From NCBI GenBank assembly GCA_041695225.1, contig JBGFRI010000011.1, positions 68,653 to 132,652 on the forward strand: a stretch of 64,000 bases of DNA. The letters run 5' to 3'. The stretch comes from Deinococcota bacterium (GTDB lineage: Bacteria > Deinococcota > Deinococci > Deinococcales > Thermaceae). The translations under genes were made by a program, and so were the position numbers. Below the pieces are notes generated by a model. The model saw only the letters and a program-made list of their open reading frames with translations. It did no database searches and was not told the origin of the DNA. This document shows positions 1 through 9,496 of the stretch, piece after piece (position 1 is the first letter of the stretch; each line of letters opens with the position of its first letter).

Positions 1-405
1 ACCTATCTGCTGCCGCGCCGGGTTGGGCAGCGCACTGCCCTGGAACTGACCAACGGCTTGCTGCCCCTGGGTGATGAGGAAGCGTTGCGGATCGGCCTGG
101 TTGATGCGCTATTACCGGGAGACAGGGGGGCTTTTGCGGAGAAGGTAGAGGAGCAGGTGTGGCAGGCGCTGCACCCCAGTATCCTCTCGGCTACTCTGGC
201 CTTGAAGCAGCAGGCGCGTAATGCAGACCGGAAGCAGAAGAGCCTCGAGCGCTACCGGGTCGAGGAGCTGGCCCAGATGGGCCGCAACTTCTGGGGCGAG
301 ACCGCCTACCACCAGGCCCGACGGGAGTTTGTCTACAAGATAGCTCCAACCAGTACACCAGCACATCTAGCCTTGCACCGCAGGGCCAGGGAGGTAAACG
401 TATGA
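1..405 (+). CDS. C-terminus of HoxX/HypX-like enoyl-CoA hydratase-domain protein (5' truncated by window)
   Basis: Open frame from base 1: YLLPRRVG...EALRIGLVD crotonase signature, then YR..EL..M..NF...YH.AR..FVYK...TP.HLA tail typical of HoxX. Confidence 0.7.
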   Translation, partial: TYLLPRRVGQRTALELTNGLLPLGDEEALRIGLVDALLPGDRGAFAEKVEEQVWQALHPSILSATLALKQQARNADRKQKSLERYRVEELAQMGRNFWGETAYHQARREFVYKIAPTSTPAHLALHRRAREVNV

Positions 406-923
406 CGCTACGTGAACAACTACTACAGCTGATAGCCGATGGCCCAAAAACTCTCGATCAGGTTTACAAGATTGCCCACGATGACTGGGGACTCAGAGGA
501 TCGCTGGCTGAGGCCACGATTCTCACTGCCCTGCTGGATCTGGTCAGGGATGGAGCCCTGCAAAAGAATGGTCAGTACCCCAGAGTCGAGTACCGCCTGT
601 CCGATCAGCTCCAGCTAGATCTGGTAGAAGGGTTGCCGTTGCGTGATCCACAGGTACTGTGGCAACGGGCCGAGGCCGTGGGAATCGCCAGGCGGTGCTG
701 GAAGGAGCCCCTCTCGCAGGACTGGATCAACCAGCTTGCAGCCAGCGAGAAGCTGGTACGTGAGCGGGCCTGGCTCGAGTTTGATCTGCTGGTGAGCAGT
801 CGATTGGAACAGCCCGGTCGGGGCCAGCGGCTGCTGGCGCACTACTCGCGCCTGCCCCGGTTGTTCCTCGAGGCGGTCTGCCGGGCAGTGGAGGCCCATA
901 GGGCGCAGGAGCAATTCGCATGA
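402..923 (+). CDS. hypothetical protein, possible N-terminal winged helix
   Basis: ATGA overlap with upstream gene, GGAGG RBS. Confidence 0.6.
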   Translation: MTLREQLLQLIADGPKTLDQVYKIAHDDWGLRGSLAEATILTALLDLVRDGALQKNGQYPRVEYRLSDQLQLDLVEGLPLRDPQVLWQRAEAVGIARRCWKEPLSQDWINQLAASEKLVRERAWLEFDLLVSSRLEQPGRGQRLLAHYSRLPRLFLEAVCRAVEAHRAQEQFA

Positions 924-1387
924 GGCAGACACTAAAGATAATTGCACTGGTAATACTACTGGCCTGGGCTGCTGCCCAGGCAGTCTCTTTTTCCGGGCGG
1001 GCTTCAGTGGTGGATGGCGATACCATTGAAATACAAGGAGTTGCGATCCGCCTCTGGGGCATTGATGCGGTAGAGAGCCGCCAGACCTGCCTGGATGCCC
1101 GGGGCCAGCCCTGGGCCTGCGGACGGCAGGCGGCAAATGCTTTGAGCACCTGGCTGGGACAGCGGACAGTCCACTGCCAGAAGCGCCGCAAAGACCGGTT
1201 TGGCCGGGTAGTAGCAGTGTGTAGCGTAGGTGGGGTTAATGTAAACCGCTGGCTGGTGGAGCAGGGCTGGGCCCTGGACTTTGCCCGGTTCAGCGGGGGC
1301 TATTTCGCCCAGGCGGAAGCAGTAGCTCGGCAGCAGCGCCGGGGCATCTGGCAGGGGCGGTTTGATCCACCCGGAGAGTGGCGATGA
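920..1387 (+). CDS. secreted thermonuclease (SNase family)
   Basis: Signal peptide; VVDGDT, IRLWGIDAVE, DRFGR, AR..RRGIW motifs. Confidence 0.9.
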   Translation: MRQTLKIIALVILLAWAAAQAVSFSGRASVVDGDTIEIQGVAIRLWGIDAVESRQTCLDARGQPWACGRQAANALSTWLGQRTVHCQKRRKDRFGRVVAVCSVGGVNVNRWLVEQGWALDFARFSGGYFAQAEAVARQQRRGIWQGRFDPPGEWR

Positions 1388-1515
1388 GACTGGAACAGGT
1401 TGCCGGGGTAGATCTTCAGATTCCCACTCTGATCTGGCAGCACTGGGCAGCACGAGGTTTCGTGCTGGGGATCCTGGTCAGCTGGGTATGGTGCTGATTG
1501 TTTCGGAGGTAAGTT

Positions 1516-1998
1516 ATGCAGGTAGTATTTGGGCGAGGAGTCATTCGGTTGGATCAGCCAACTCTGCACTTACCGCTAGAAGATCTGGCACTATCCCTTT
1601 CGCGTATTCACCGCTGGAACGGGCATAGCCCCGTTACCGTGGCCCAGCACTCGGTAATGGCCAGCTACCTGGTGCGGCATTTCTTTGCTGAGGCCCTGCT
1701 GCATGATGCAGCAGAGGCATTACTGGGAGATCTGATAACACCCCTCAAGCCATTAGCACCCGAACTGAGGGCGCTGGAAGAAAAGATACTGGAACGTATC
1801 TTCCAGTCCAGAGGGCTCATCTGGCCACTGCCAATCGAGGTTGATTGGGTAGACACCCGGCTGAAGGCGACTGAAGGGCGCGACTTTTTTGGCCTCGAGC
1901 CCAGGGTGCGGCCCTATCCCGCACCAGTCCAGCCCTGGGGGCCGAAGTATGCACGGGAGCGGTTCTTGCAGCGGGCAGCAGAGCTGGGTTTAAAGTAA
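1516..1998 (+). CDS. HD-domain phosphohydrolase (YfbR/YfdR-like 5'-deoxynucleotidase)
   Basis: LSRIHRWNGH, TVAQHS, LLHDAAEALLGD..TPLK motifs. Confidence 0.85.
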   Translation: MQVVFGRGVIRLDQPTLHLPLEDLALSLSRIHRWNGHSPVTVAQHSVMASYLVRHFFAEALLHDAAEALLGDLITPLKPLAPELRALEEKILERIFQSRGLIWPLPIEVDWVDTRLKATEGRDFFGLEPRVRPYPAPVQPWGPKYARERFLQRAAELGLK

Positions 1999-2218
1999 GA
2001 CGCTACCTTCTCTTCGTGGGTTGAACCTTTTTTTGAGACCAGCGGGCGGCCTGGCCGCCCGTGACTGGTTGTCGAGGTGATCAAAGAGGCATATCCAGTT
2101 CTGGCAGGAGAGGTTGATCGCCAGTTTGCTGAGCGTTTTGGAGCAAAGGCCCAACAAGAACCGAACTCACGGCTTTCCTGAAAGGCAAACTGGAGGGCCT
2201 ACGGCCCTGGGAGTGGTG

Positions 2219-2458
2219 ATGATGGAAAACCAGAATTCACTTGAATACTACCTGAGCCTACGCTATCCCGTTACGGTAATTCCCGAGATAGAAGGGGGCT
2301 ACACCGCTTTTGTTCCCGATCTGCCCGGCTGTGTCACAGTAGGCGAGACAGTAGAAGAAGCGCTGGAGATGATCAAGGATGCCCGCCGGCTGTGGCTTGA
2401 GACAGCCTACGAGCACGGTGACAGAATTCCCTTGCCCTACCTCATTCCCTGGGAATAA
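2219..2458 (+). CDS. hicB: HicB family antitoxin (no intact hicA next to it)
   Basis: YPVTVIPE.EGGY.A.VPDLPGC.T.GETVEEA...DA..LWLE. Confidence 0.85.
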   Translation: MMENQNSLEYYLSLRYPVTVIPEIEGGYTAFVPDLPGCVTVGETVEEALEMIKDARRLWLETAYEHGDRIPLPYLIPWE

Positions 2459-2491
2459 GGCTACTAAGCCAAACAGATTTAAGGAGGAGCG

Positions 2492-2914
2492 ATGAAGGTA
2501 CTTTCCCACCCCAGGTTTCCCTACCCAAACTTCTGGTCTGGGACTGCCTGGTGCGACGTAGACATCTTCTTCCGGGGTGATGATGTTCTGGTGATCCTGC
2601 GGGACCAGGACGACCATGAAGGAACCAGTGTTACAAATGCCCTGGAAGAGGTCTGCCGCAAGGTGCGGCGGGAACTGCTGGTTCCAAACGGTTTGGCCGG
2701 TGAACGGTTGTACTGGATTCACTGGGCACGGACTGATCAGATTGCCAGCAAGGTAACGTTTGGCGATCCAGTACGTTTGGAAAGACCGGACTGGAAGTAT
2801 TTGCGTCCTGAGGAATTCCAGCAGATTCTTTCCTACTTCCGGGCCCCACACCAGCTTACTGAGTGGGAACAGGAAGGCAGCCTGGTTCTCAGGGCGCTGG
2901 CAGACGAGACATAA
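2492..2914 (+). CDS. hypothetical protein
   Basis: AAGGAGGAG RBS, 140 aa, GTSVTN motif. Confidence 0.7.
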   Translation: MKVLSHPRFPYPNFWSGTAWCDVDIFFRGDDVLVILRDQDDHEGTSVTNALEEVCRKVRRELLVPNGLAGERLYWIHWARTDQIASKVTFGDPVRLERPDWKYLRPEEFQQILSYFRAPHQLTEWEQEGSLVLRALADET

Positions 2915-3029
2915 CAGGCAAGCGACAGATTAATGTGCAAACTCCCCAAGTATTACGAGGGGAGAGTTTACGTTTTTCTGGTTCAGGGCTGAACCAGGGG
3001 GCAGCAAGCTGCCCCTGGGAGGAAGGTGT

Positions 3030-3197
3030 ATGGAAACTGATACTCACACCACAACCAGCCAGATGTGTACGTGTAGCACACACTGCGTCGAGAGCCCCTA
3101 CCACGAGTCAGCGTGTTGTTCACTCACGCACTGCCCATGCTGGTGCCATGAAAACAAGCGGGCAAAAAAGAACACCGTATCCGGCAGGGAGGCGTAG
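3030..3197 (+). CDS. 55-aa Cys/His-rich microprotein (not in ORF track)
   Basis: GGAGGAAGG RBS, ATG 3030, TAG 3195-3197 overlapping the ardC start; 8 Cys. Confidence 0.55.
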   Translation: METDTHTTTSQMCTCSTHCVESPYHESACCSLTHCPCWCHENKRAKKNTVSGREA

Positions 3198-4006
3198 TGA
3201 TGAACAGCGAAGCGCTAAAGGAACGGCTACAAGCCCATCTGCAAACATTGAGTGAGGAGCTTAAGCAAGGCAAGAGCCAGAACCTGCTCAAGCTTCTGGA
3301 GAAAATGGGGCGCTTCCACCAGTACAGCGCCCGTAATACCGTGCTGATTCTCTTCCAGCGGCCCGACGCCAGCCTGGTGGCCGGGATGAAGCGATGGAAT
3401 GAGATGGGTCGGAAAGTGAAGAAAGGTGAGCGGGCCATCGCCATCCTGGCCCCGACCATAAAGAATGTAGAGACAGTAGACAGGGCCACCGGCGAGGTAA
3501 AGGAAGACAGGCGGATTGTAGGATTCCACACCGCATATGTCTTCGACGTGTCTCAGACCGAGGGTAAGCCCATCGAGCTGGGCCGAGACCAGCCTGAAGA
3601 AGCTGCCCTGTATGCCCGACTGACGCAGGCTTGTCCGGTAAAGGTGCGGGAGGCGCTGCTACCTGCTGGAACAATCGGCAGGACCAACGGACGGGAGATT
3701 CAGCTATCCAGCACAATAAATTTCAGAGCGAAGGCCGAGACCCTGTTGCATGAATGGGCGCACATCTCGCTGGCGCACGTTACCCGGGAACGCAATGTCA
3801 CGCTGGAAGAACTTGAAGCAGAGGCTGTGGCCTACGCAGTCGGTCGGGAGATCGGGCTTCCGATGCAGGGGAGCCGAAACTACATCCTGGCATTCCGGGG
3901 CACGGTGGAGAAGCTGGAGGAGTCGCTCGACCGGATCATGCGGGCGGCGCGGGAGATCCTCGAGGGCTTCTATGCCGGGAGGCCGGCGCTGGCAGCGGCA
4001 GCGTAA
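3197..4006 (+). CDS. ardC: ArdC-like ssDNA-binding antirestriction protein with HExxH metallopeptidase-like domain
   Basis: RFHQYS.RN..LI..QRPDA..VAG...W...GR.VKKGE, VFDVSQT, LLHEWAH, ELEAEAVAY. Confidence 0.85.
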   Translation: MMNSEALKERLQAHLQTLSEELKQGKSQNLLKLLEKMGRFHQYSARNTVLILFQRPDASLVAGMKRWNEMGRKVKKGERAIAILAPTIKNVETVDRATGEVKEDRRIVGFHTAYVFDVSQTEGKPIELGRDQPEEAALYARLTQACPVKVREALLPAGTIGRTNGREIQLSSTINFRAKAETLLHEWAHISLAHVTRERNVTLEELEAEAVAYAVGREIGLPMQGSRNYILAFRGTVEKLEESLDRIMRAAREILEGFYAGRPALAAAA

Positions 4007-4023
4007 TCAGAAAAGGGCATGAT

Positions 4024-4257
4024 ATGAACATTGAATTTGATGGATACCGCTTAACAACTGACCATCCTGCCAGTTCGTATGGCATCCCTGTCCTGCTCAT
4101 TGCGGGAAAGGCACATGGGGTTGGCAATCTATCGCCAGAAAAGCGCCTTTCGGTCAGCGGAGCTGCTCACAAAGCGCGGGCTCGAGGTCACCTGACAAAA
4201 GACAAGTACAGGGCAGTACTTGTGTTCCTCGGACTTCGGCACCCCGGATACTATTGA
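4024..4257 (+). CDS. hypothetical protein
   Basis: Co-oriented short ORF; LTTDHPASSYGIPVL. Confidence 0.6.
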   Translation: MNIEFDGYRLTTDHPASSYGIPVLLIAGKAHGVGNLSPEKRLSVSGAAHKARARGHLTKDKYRAVLVFLGLRHPGYY

Positions 4258-4334
4258 GCCCAAGCCTGAGCTGACGGCGTAAACCAGGGGGGCAGCTAGG
4301 CTGCCCCACTTTTGTGGGTATAAAAGGAGGATGT

Positions 4335-4661
4335 ATGGCTCAAGTAGACCTGAAAGCCACCATCGCAGCATTGATGGCGCTGCCTGGTAAGCTGATTTTT
4401 CACCCGGTGTCGGATGGAGTTGAGATAGGAGTCCAGAGCAACATTTCAGAGGATTCAGCAGATACTCTTACCATTTACGATGATGGGTATATCTCCGTAG
4501 ATGATGGGTATTTCACAATCTTGGTCACCTGGGGCTCCATGAGCCACTGGGACCGGTGGGATGGGCCAACACTCAGGTACAGCGGAACCGTAGATGATGG
4601 AAGCGGAAGGTCGCTCCCAGACTGGGTAAAGTTCCTTCCCGAACCAACCGAGATTTTTTGA
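4335..4661 (+). CDS. hypothetical protein, paralogue family A
   Basis: AGGAGG RBS; similar to ORFs at 5471 and 18974. Confidence 0.7.
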   Translation: MAQVDLKATIAALMALPGKLIFHPVSDGVEIGVQSNISEDSADTLTIYDDGYISVDDGYFTILVTWGSMSHWDRWDGPTLRYSGTVDDGSGRSLPDWVKFLPEPTEIF

Positions 4662-4760
4662 AGCAAAACGACGTTAACCAGAGGGCAGCTTTTGCTGCCC
4701 CTTTTCAGTTTGTGACAATGGCCCGGGCCAGGCGGGTAAACCCTGGCAAAGGTAGGAATT

Positions 4761-5465
4761 ATGCACAAAGCAGTTGTTCAGTTGTTCAAAGGTTCGACCA
4801 CAATCACCCTGGAAGCGCCCTCACCGAAGGAGCTGATCCAGCAGCTCTCCTTCTACTCCCAGCTTCCACAGGAGTGCCCGGTGTGCGGAGCCGGGTTGGC
4901 CTTCAGCTACCGCGAGGCCCAGGGCTACAAGTTCTGGAGCCTGGTCTGCTCGGGTAAGCCCCAGCACGAATCGGTGTTTGGGCAATACAAAGCCGATGGT
5001 GGGCTTTTCTACAAGGCGGCCTGGACGGTTGTCCAGCGGGGCCGCGAGGAGGAGGAAGGGCCACCCCCTGCACCTGCGCCACAAAAGGCTGCTCCTCTGA
5101 CGCAGGAGTCAGCGCAGGTTGCTGCAAAAGGGCCAGAACTGCCTGGTGGTCTGGCAACGGTAGTCCAGATGAAGCACCTGGGAGAGGCGCTAAAGGAGGC
5201 CGGGCTGACGGTTCCAAGCGGGGCCAACGCCAGGGAGTCCTCGCTTGTGGCTCAGCAGCAGCGGAATTTCCTGAGCACGGTGCTCGGGTCGAAAGTGACC
5301 CTGATCAAGAGCCTGACCGAAGAACAGGCCCACCGGATCTTGACTGCCCTGGGCAGCTACGATAAGGCGGGAAACTACCGGCCAGATCGCAGGAAGATTA
5401 CAATAGCTCTGGAACATCACGTACAAAGCACAGCAGTAGACTTCACGCAGCTGGGAAAGGAGTAG
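4761..5465 (+). CDS. hypothetical protein with N-terminal CxxC zinc-ribbon-like motif
   Basis: CPVCG...C...H; Pro/Ala linker. Confidence 0.7.
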   Translation: MHKAVVQLFKGSTTITLEAPSPKELIQQLSFYSQLPQECPVCGAGLAFSYREAQGYKFWSLVCSGKPQHESVFGQYKADGGLFYKAAWTVVQRGREEEEGPPPAPAPQKAAPLTQESAQVAAKGPELPGGLATVVQMKHLGEALKEAGLTVPSGANARESSLVAQQQRNFLSTVLGSKVTLIKSLTEEQAHRILTALGSYDKAGNYRPDRRKITIALEHHVQSTAVDFTQLGKE

Positions 5466-5470
5466 TTGCG

Positions 5471-5722
5471 ATGGAAGCCAGCCTCAAGGCTTCCCTGGCT
5501 GTCCTGCTCCAGCGGCCTGGGGAGCTAGTAATTCGCCGCAGCCCACAGGAGCAGAACGGCTGGGTCGAGATCACCGTCGTTCGGGAGGACGGTGAGGACA
5601 GTCTGATCATTTACGGTAACGGTTCAGTCCTAACAAATGTCGTATGGAACGGAACAGCTTACGACTGGCCCGACTGGGTAGTCTGGGAGACTGCTAACTC
5701 ACAGGTGCCGGGAACTGCGTAG
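5471..5722 (+). CDS. hypothetical protein, paralogue family A
   Basis: AAGGAG RBS; LKASLAVLLQRPG...WPDWV. Confidence 0.65.
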   Translation: MEASLKASLAVLLQRPGELVIRRSPQEQNGWVEITVVREDGEDSLIIYGNGSVLTNVVWNGTAYDWPDWVVWETANSQVPGTA

Positions 5723-5797
5723 CGGGCCCTGGCATAAAAGGTGGGGGGTTTCGGCCTCCCACCTTCCAGTTTTTAGTTTTTCAGGAGGAGGTATCCG

Positions 5798-6367
5798 ATG
5801 CAGATTCAACTCGATCTTGCAACAGTAACAGGCAGGGAGATTCTGAAAGCTCTGACCTGGGACATCCTGCAATGCGGTCAGAAGGCCAGCCAGGATCTGC
5901 CTGTAGAAGGAACAAGTAATCTGGCCCTCTGGACGATTTTTGACGAGTGCAGGAACATCCCCAGCCTTCAAGAGATAAACCTGTTACACGACTATGCGCT
6001 ACAGCAGGCCACTCAAGAATACTGGTATCGAGAAGTGACTGAGATTGCTCGGGCATTTGCGGCCCTAGCTGGGGTTCCGCCAATACGTGCGACTACACCT
6101 GTCTCGGAATTCAAGGCTGGTTGCTCCACACCTGAGTCCCTCGATGCTGCGCTGGAGAGTGAGTACAACTGGAATGCTGAGTATTGGAGAATCAAACAGG
6201 CAATTACCCGCGCATTGGGAAAAGAGGTCTACGAGTACGAACAGACTCCCATGTTTTGGGCTGTATACCGGCTTAACCACGAAGTACAGAATGCCCGGGC
6301 AATGGCCATCATGTGGGCCTCGCTTTACATTCACCAGAAGTCCCGGGCCGGTCAGGAGGCAGCGTGA
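5798..6367 (+). CDS. hypothetical protein
   Basis: AGGAGGAGG RBS, 189 aa. Confidence 0.7.
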   Translation: MQIQLDLATVTGREILKALTWDILQCGQKASQDLPVEGTSNLALWTIFDECRNIPSLQEINLLHDYALQQATQEYWYREVTEIARAFAALAGVPPIRATTPVSEFKAGCSTPESLDAALESEYNWNAEYWRIKQAITRALGKEVYEYEQTPMFWAVYRLNHEVQNARAMAIMWASLYIHQKSRAGQEAA

Positions 6368-7215
6368 GCGATTCAACAAGTCTTTTCCAGAAGCGCCAGC
6401 CCACCCTGGGCCTGGTGGCCACCAAGGAGATCGCCCCGTGGCAAAGCGGAGCCAGGAGTGCCAGCACAAGAGCGATCAAGACGCTGGGCTTTGCCTCGAC
6501 GGTACTGCTGCGGGCCTTTCCTGAACCAAAGCAGATTACTTACGAGGACGGGTCTGTCGGGACTTTCCTTTTCGAGGTAGTTGACGGGGCCAGACGGCTT
6601 GACGATGCAAAGCGCGAAGGGCTGGAACAAATCCCGGCCACAATTCTGCCGCCCGAGACTACCGAAGCAGAGGTAGCAGCGTACCGGATCACCGCCAACC
6701 TGAGCCGACGGCCCAACCCGGCGCATGAGGTAGAAGCGCTAGAAAGTCTGTACCAGACCTACCAGCAACAAGGGTTAAGCGCCGAGGAGGCTCCCAGGGC
6801 GATAGCCGCAGCCCTGGGAATTAGTCTGGGTACAGTGAAGCGGCGTCTGAAGCTCACTACCCTGCCAGCGGTGGTGCGCCAGGCAGTAGCAGAGGGCAAG
6901 GTAGCCGCCAGTGTGGCCGAGGGTGTGGCTGGTCTAAACCCAGAACAGCAACAAGCCCTGGTAGAACGCCTTAACACGACGGGCAAGTTACACGCGGCTG
7001 ATGTCGCTGATGCAAGACGGGTCAGGCGGGAGTCTCAGTTGGCTGGGCTGGGCGAGATACTTCTGGCCCTGGATGCACAGCCGGAGCCGGCAGAGCTGTT
7101 CAGACAGGCAGTAAGACAAGCTCTTGGTAATGGCCTTACTTCTGAGGAGATGATGGCTATGATCAAGGAGATCGCAGTGGGAAAGGAGGTAGATAGTGTT
7201 TATTGCCCGGGCTAA
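6364..7215 (+). CDS. ParB/Spo0J-like protein
   Basis: GTGA overlap; EVVDGARRL (GxRR motif), ANLSR..NP..E, HTH AIAAALGISLGTVKRRL. Confidence 0.8.
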   Translation: MSDSTSLFQKRQPTLGLVATKEIAPWQSGARSASTRAIKTLGFASTVLLRAFPEPKQITYEDGSVGTFLFEVVDGARRLDDAKREGLEQIPATILPPETTEAEVAAYRITANLSRRPNPAHEVEALESLYQTYQQQGLSAEEAPRAIAAALGISLGTVKRRLKLTTLPAVVRQAVAEGKVAASVAEGVAGLNPEQQQALVERLNTTGKLHAADVADARRVRRESQLAGLGEILLALDAQPEPAELFRQAVRQALGNGLTSEEMMAMIKEIAVGKEVDSVYCPG

Positions 7216-7939
7216 TCCTGAAGTTGAGCGAGGCTGCGGCAGTTCCCGCAAGCGGGGTGGGGTCTACCTGGAGACCGGTCTAGTTCCTGCTGGTGGGAAG
7301 CCTTTGGAACATTTTATGTTCGATCCACCCAAGCCATACCAGGCTGAGATCAAGCGGGGAGTGCAGATCGTTGAGATCAACGGAACAAACCACGTTATTG
7401 ATTACGTGGGACAGGACTCGTATCCCTACCCCTCCGATATTCTGGAGGAGATCCGGCTGCACGGGCTGTCCCGGCTGGTAAGCCCGGGCGTGATAAAAGG
7501 GCAGTTGTCCCGCTCGAGTACAGTGCTCTTAGTTCATGCCAGAGCCATCCTGGTCAATGCGGCTGAGATGTATCCTTACCTGGAGAATGAGCGTCTGCAA
7601 GGACGCTGTAGCTACTATGTAGTAACCGGTAGTCAGTTACATCTGCACAGCCCGGATACAGCCTGCACCCGGCACAGTTATGCGCTGGCTGAAGCTACCA
7701 GGGTAGAGCAGCGGGAAGAGCGGGTAGTCTTCATGCGCCAACTTACCCGGCATGTGGGCTACCGGGTTGAGCCGGTGCTACCGGAAGCGCCTACGCCACG
7801 GTGGGAGAGCGGGCTAATTGCGGCCCTGCCGATAACCAATATCAGCGTAGTTGCCTCCGAGGATGGCTCGCACCTGGAAACGCTGAATGAGCTACTAACT
7901 TCCCTACCGGAGATGCACATTACGGCAAGTCCGATGTAA
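7196..7939 (+). CDS. hypothetical plasmid protein
   Basis: GGAGG RBS, ERGCG..RK.GGVY N-terminus. Confidence 0.7.
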   Translation: MFIARANPEVERGCGSSRKRGGVYLETGLVPAGGKPLEHFMFDPPKPYQAEIKRGVQIVEINGTNHVIDYVGQDSYPYPSDILEEIRLHGLSRLVSPGVIKGQLSRSSTVLLVHARAILVNAAEMYPYLENERLQGRCSYYVVTGSQLHLHSPDTACTRHSYALAEATRVEQREERVVFMRQLTRHVGYRVEPVLPEAPTPRWESGLIAALPITNISVVASEDGSHLETLNELLTSLPEMHITASPM

Positions 7940-7950
7940 AAGGAAAAGAC

Positions 7951-8178
7951 ATGGCTCCGATACGTGTTTATGCTGCAACAGGGCCTAAAAAACAACCCCG
8001 GCCTGGATGGTTGGTGTGGGTGGAATGTCTTGGGAAGTACCTTTTCGCCCCAGACCGTACCTTGAAGACGTTTCACCTTCACGAAATCTCAAAGGTACGG
8101 CCCATGTATCCCCAGGACCAGGCCCGGCTGGAACAGGCCGGTTTGATTCAGCAGAGCGAGGAAACTAATGGTAGTTAA
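7951..8178 (+). CDS. hypothetical protein
   Basis: Operon-like spacing, AAGGA RBS. Confidence 0.6.
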   Translation: MAPIRVYAATGPKKQPRPGWLVWVECLGKYLFAPDRTLKTFHLHEISKVRPMYPQDQARLEQAGLIQQSEETNGS

Positions 8179-8635
8179 GGGCGATTTTCTCGAAGGAATT
8201 AATGATCCAATGGGTGTTGTGGCTGCCCCCACCAATGGAGTTATCACTCCTGGGGGACTGGTAATGGGGGCCGGGGCAGCCCTGGCTCTGGCCAGGCGCG
8301 TACCCGGTTTGCGGGAAGCTCTGGCCGAGCAGATAAAGCGGAAGGGGCTTATCAAAAGCGGTTTCCGCGAGTACGGCTTTATCACTGTGCTGTACAAGAA
8401 CCGTCTGTGGGGGGCTTTCCAGACCAAACGGAGCTTTCGGCAAAAATCGGATCTGGAGCTTATCCGTTTCAGCGCCAAACAGTTACGAGTGTGGTTGCTG
8501 GAGAATCCTGAACACACGGTCCACCTGGCATTCCCTGGTATTGGGTTAGGAGGACTGAAGCCGGAGGATGTACTTCAGGTTTTCCAGGAAATACTTGGGC
8601 CCTCTCCAAAGCGAGTAAAGCTCTACCAGCTCTAG
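8168..8635 (+). CDS. stand-alone macrodomain (ADP-ribose binding/hydrolase, DarG-like)
   Basis: VKGD, N...VMGAG.A, FQTK, FPGIGLGGL macrodomain motifs. Confidence 0.75.
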   Translation: MVVKGDFLEGINDPMGVVAAPTNGVITPGGLVMGAGAALALARRVPGLREALAEQIKRKGLIKSGFREYGFITVLYKNRLWGAFQTKRSFRQKSDLELIRFSAKQLRVWLLENPEHTVHLAFPGIGLGGLKPEDVLQVFQEILGPSPKRVKLYQL

Positions 8636-8645
8636 GAGGCAGAAG

Positions 8646-9173
8646 GTGCAGTACGTTTCTGAGTACATCAAGATGCTAAAGACCAGGGTCTGGGATAACC
8701 CAGGACTGGCTCAGGCTGCACGACAGCTAATCGAGGTCTACAATAACGATGGTCCCATGCTCACGGCAGCGTATGCGCGTATCGTACTACACGCTTCAGA
8801 AGGCCCGGCCCGCCAGATGCTGGTAGATGTCAGTGCTCTAGGGAATCTCGATGACTCGGGTAATACCAGTCCCTGGACTCTGGCCGATCTCTCGCCCGAG
8901 GCGCAGGATCTACTGGATAACAGTTTCAAGCTACTCGAACAGCAGCTTCGAGAAACCCTGGCCGCCTGGCGGCAGGACCGAATCCTACTGGCCAGGCTAC
9001 TGGTAGCAGCAGATACCTACACCGCTGATCAGACTGGTGCTGAGGATTCCCGGGTCGGGCTAGTGCAGCCGGTAACTGTTGCAGAGGCCGAGGCGCTCAA
9101 CGCTGCGGTGGCCGCAGCCTGGGCCAGGCTGGGAACGGCTGAGGTAGAGAGGCTGCTACAAGACAAAGAATAA
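8646..9173 (+). CDS. hypothetical protein
   Basis: AGGAGG RBS, GTG start. Confidence 0.65.
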   Translation: MQYVSEYIKMLKTRVWDNPGLAQAARQLIEVYNNDGPMLTAAYARIVLHASEGPARQMLVDVSALGNLDDSGNTSPWTLADLSPEAQDLLDNSFKLLEQQLRETLAAWRQDRILLARLLVAADTYTADQTGAEDSRVGLVQPVTVAEAEALNAAVAAAWARLGTAEVERLLQDKE

Positions 9174-9224
9174 CCCTCAGGGGGCAGCCAGGCTGCCCCC
9201 TGTGCTGCCTGTGCAGGAGGTTGT

Positions 9225-9479
9225 ATGACAGAGATAACTATCCAGCTTGGCAGCACAATCCTTCATGGCGGCATAGCAGCCCGGATGGCTTACTGCCCGG
9301 TGCTAAAAGACACCTTTGGCATTATTTATCTGGAAACACCAAAAGGGGGTGTACTGTTGCCCAAACATGCCCTGGTTCCCCAAGGCAGCTATTACAAGCT
9401 GGCCCGCTGGTTTCGGGGCAGTCCTGAAGTATGGGCCAGACTCGAGTCGGCCAGCAGACTCGCCGGAATTAGCGCCTGA
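9225..9479 (+). CDS. hypothetical protein
   Basis: AGGAGG RBS. Confidence 0.6.
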   Translation: MTEITIQLGSTILHGGIAARMAYCPVLKDTFGIIYLETPKGGVLLPKHALVPQGSYYKLARWFRGSPEVWARLESASRLAGISA

Positions 9480-9496
9480 GTACGAGGAGGTATTAA

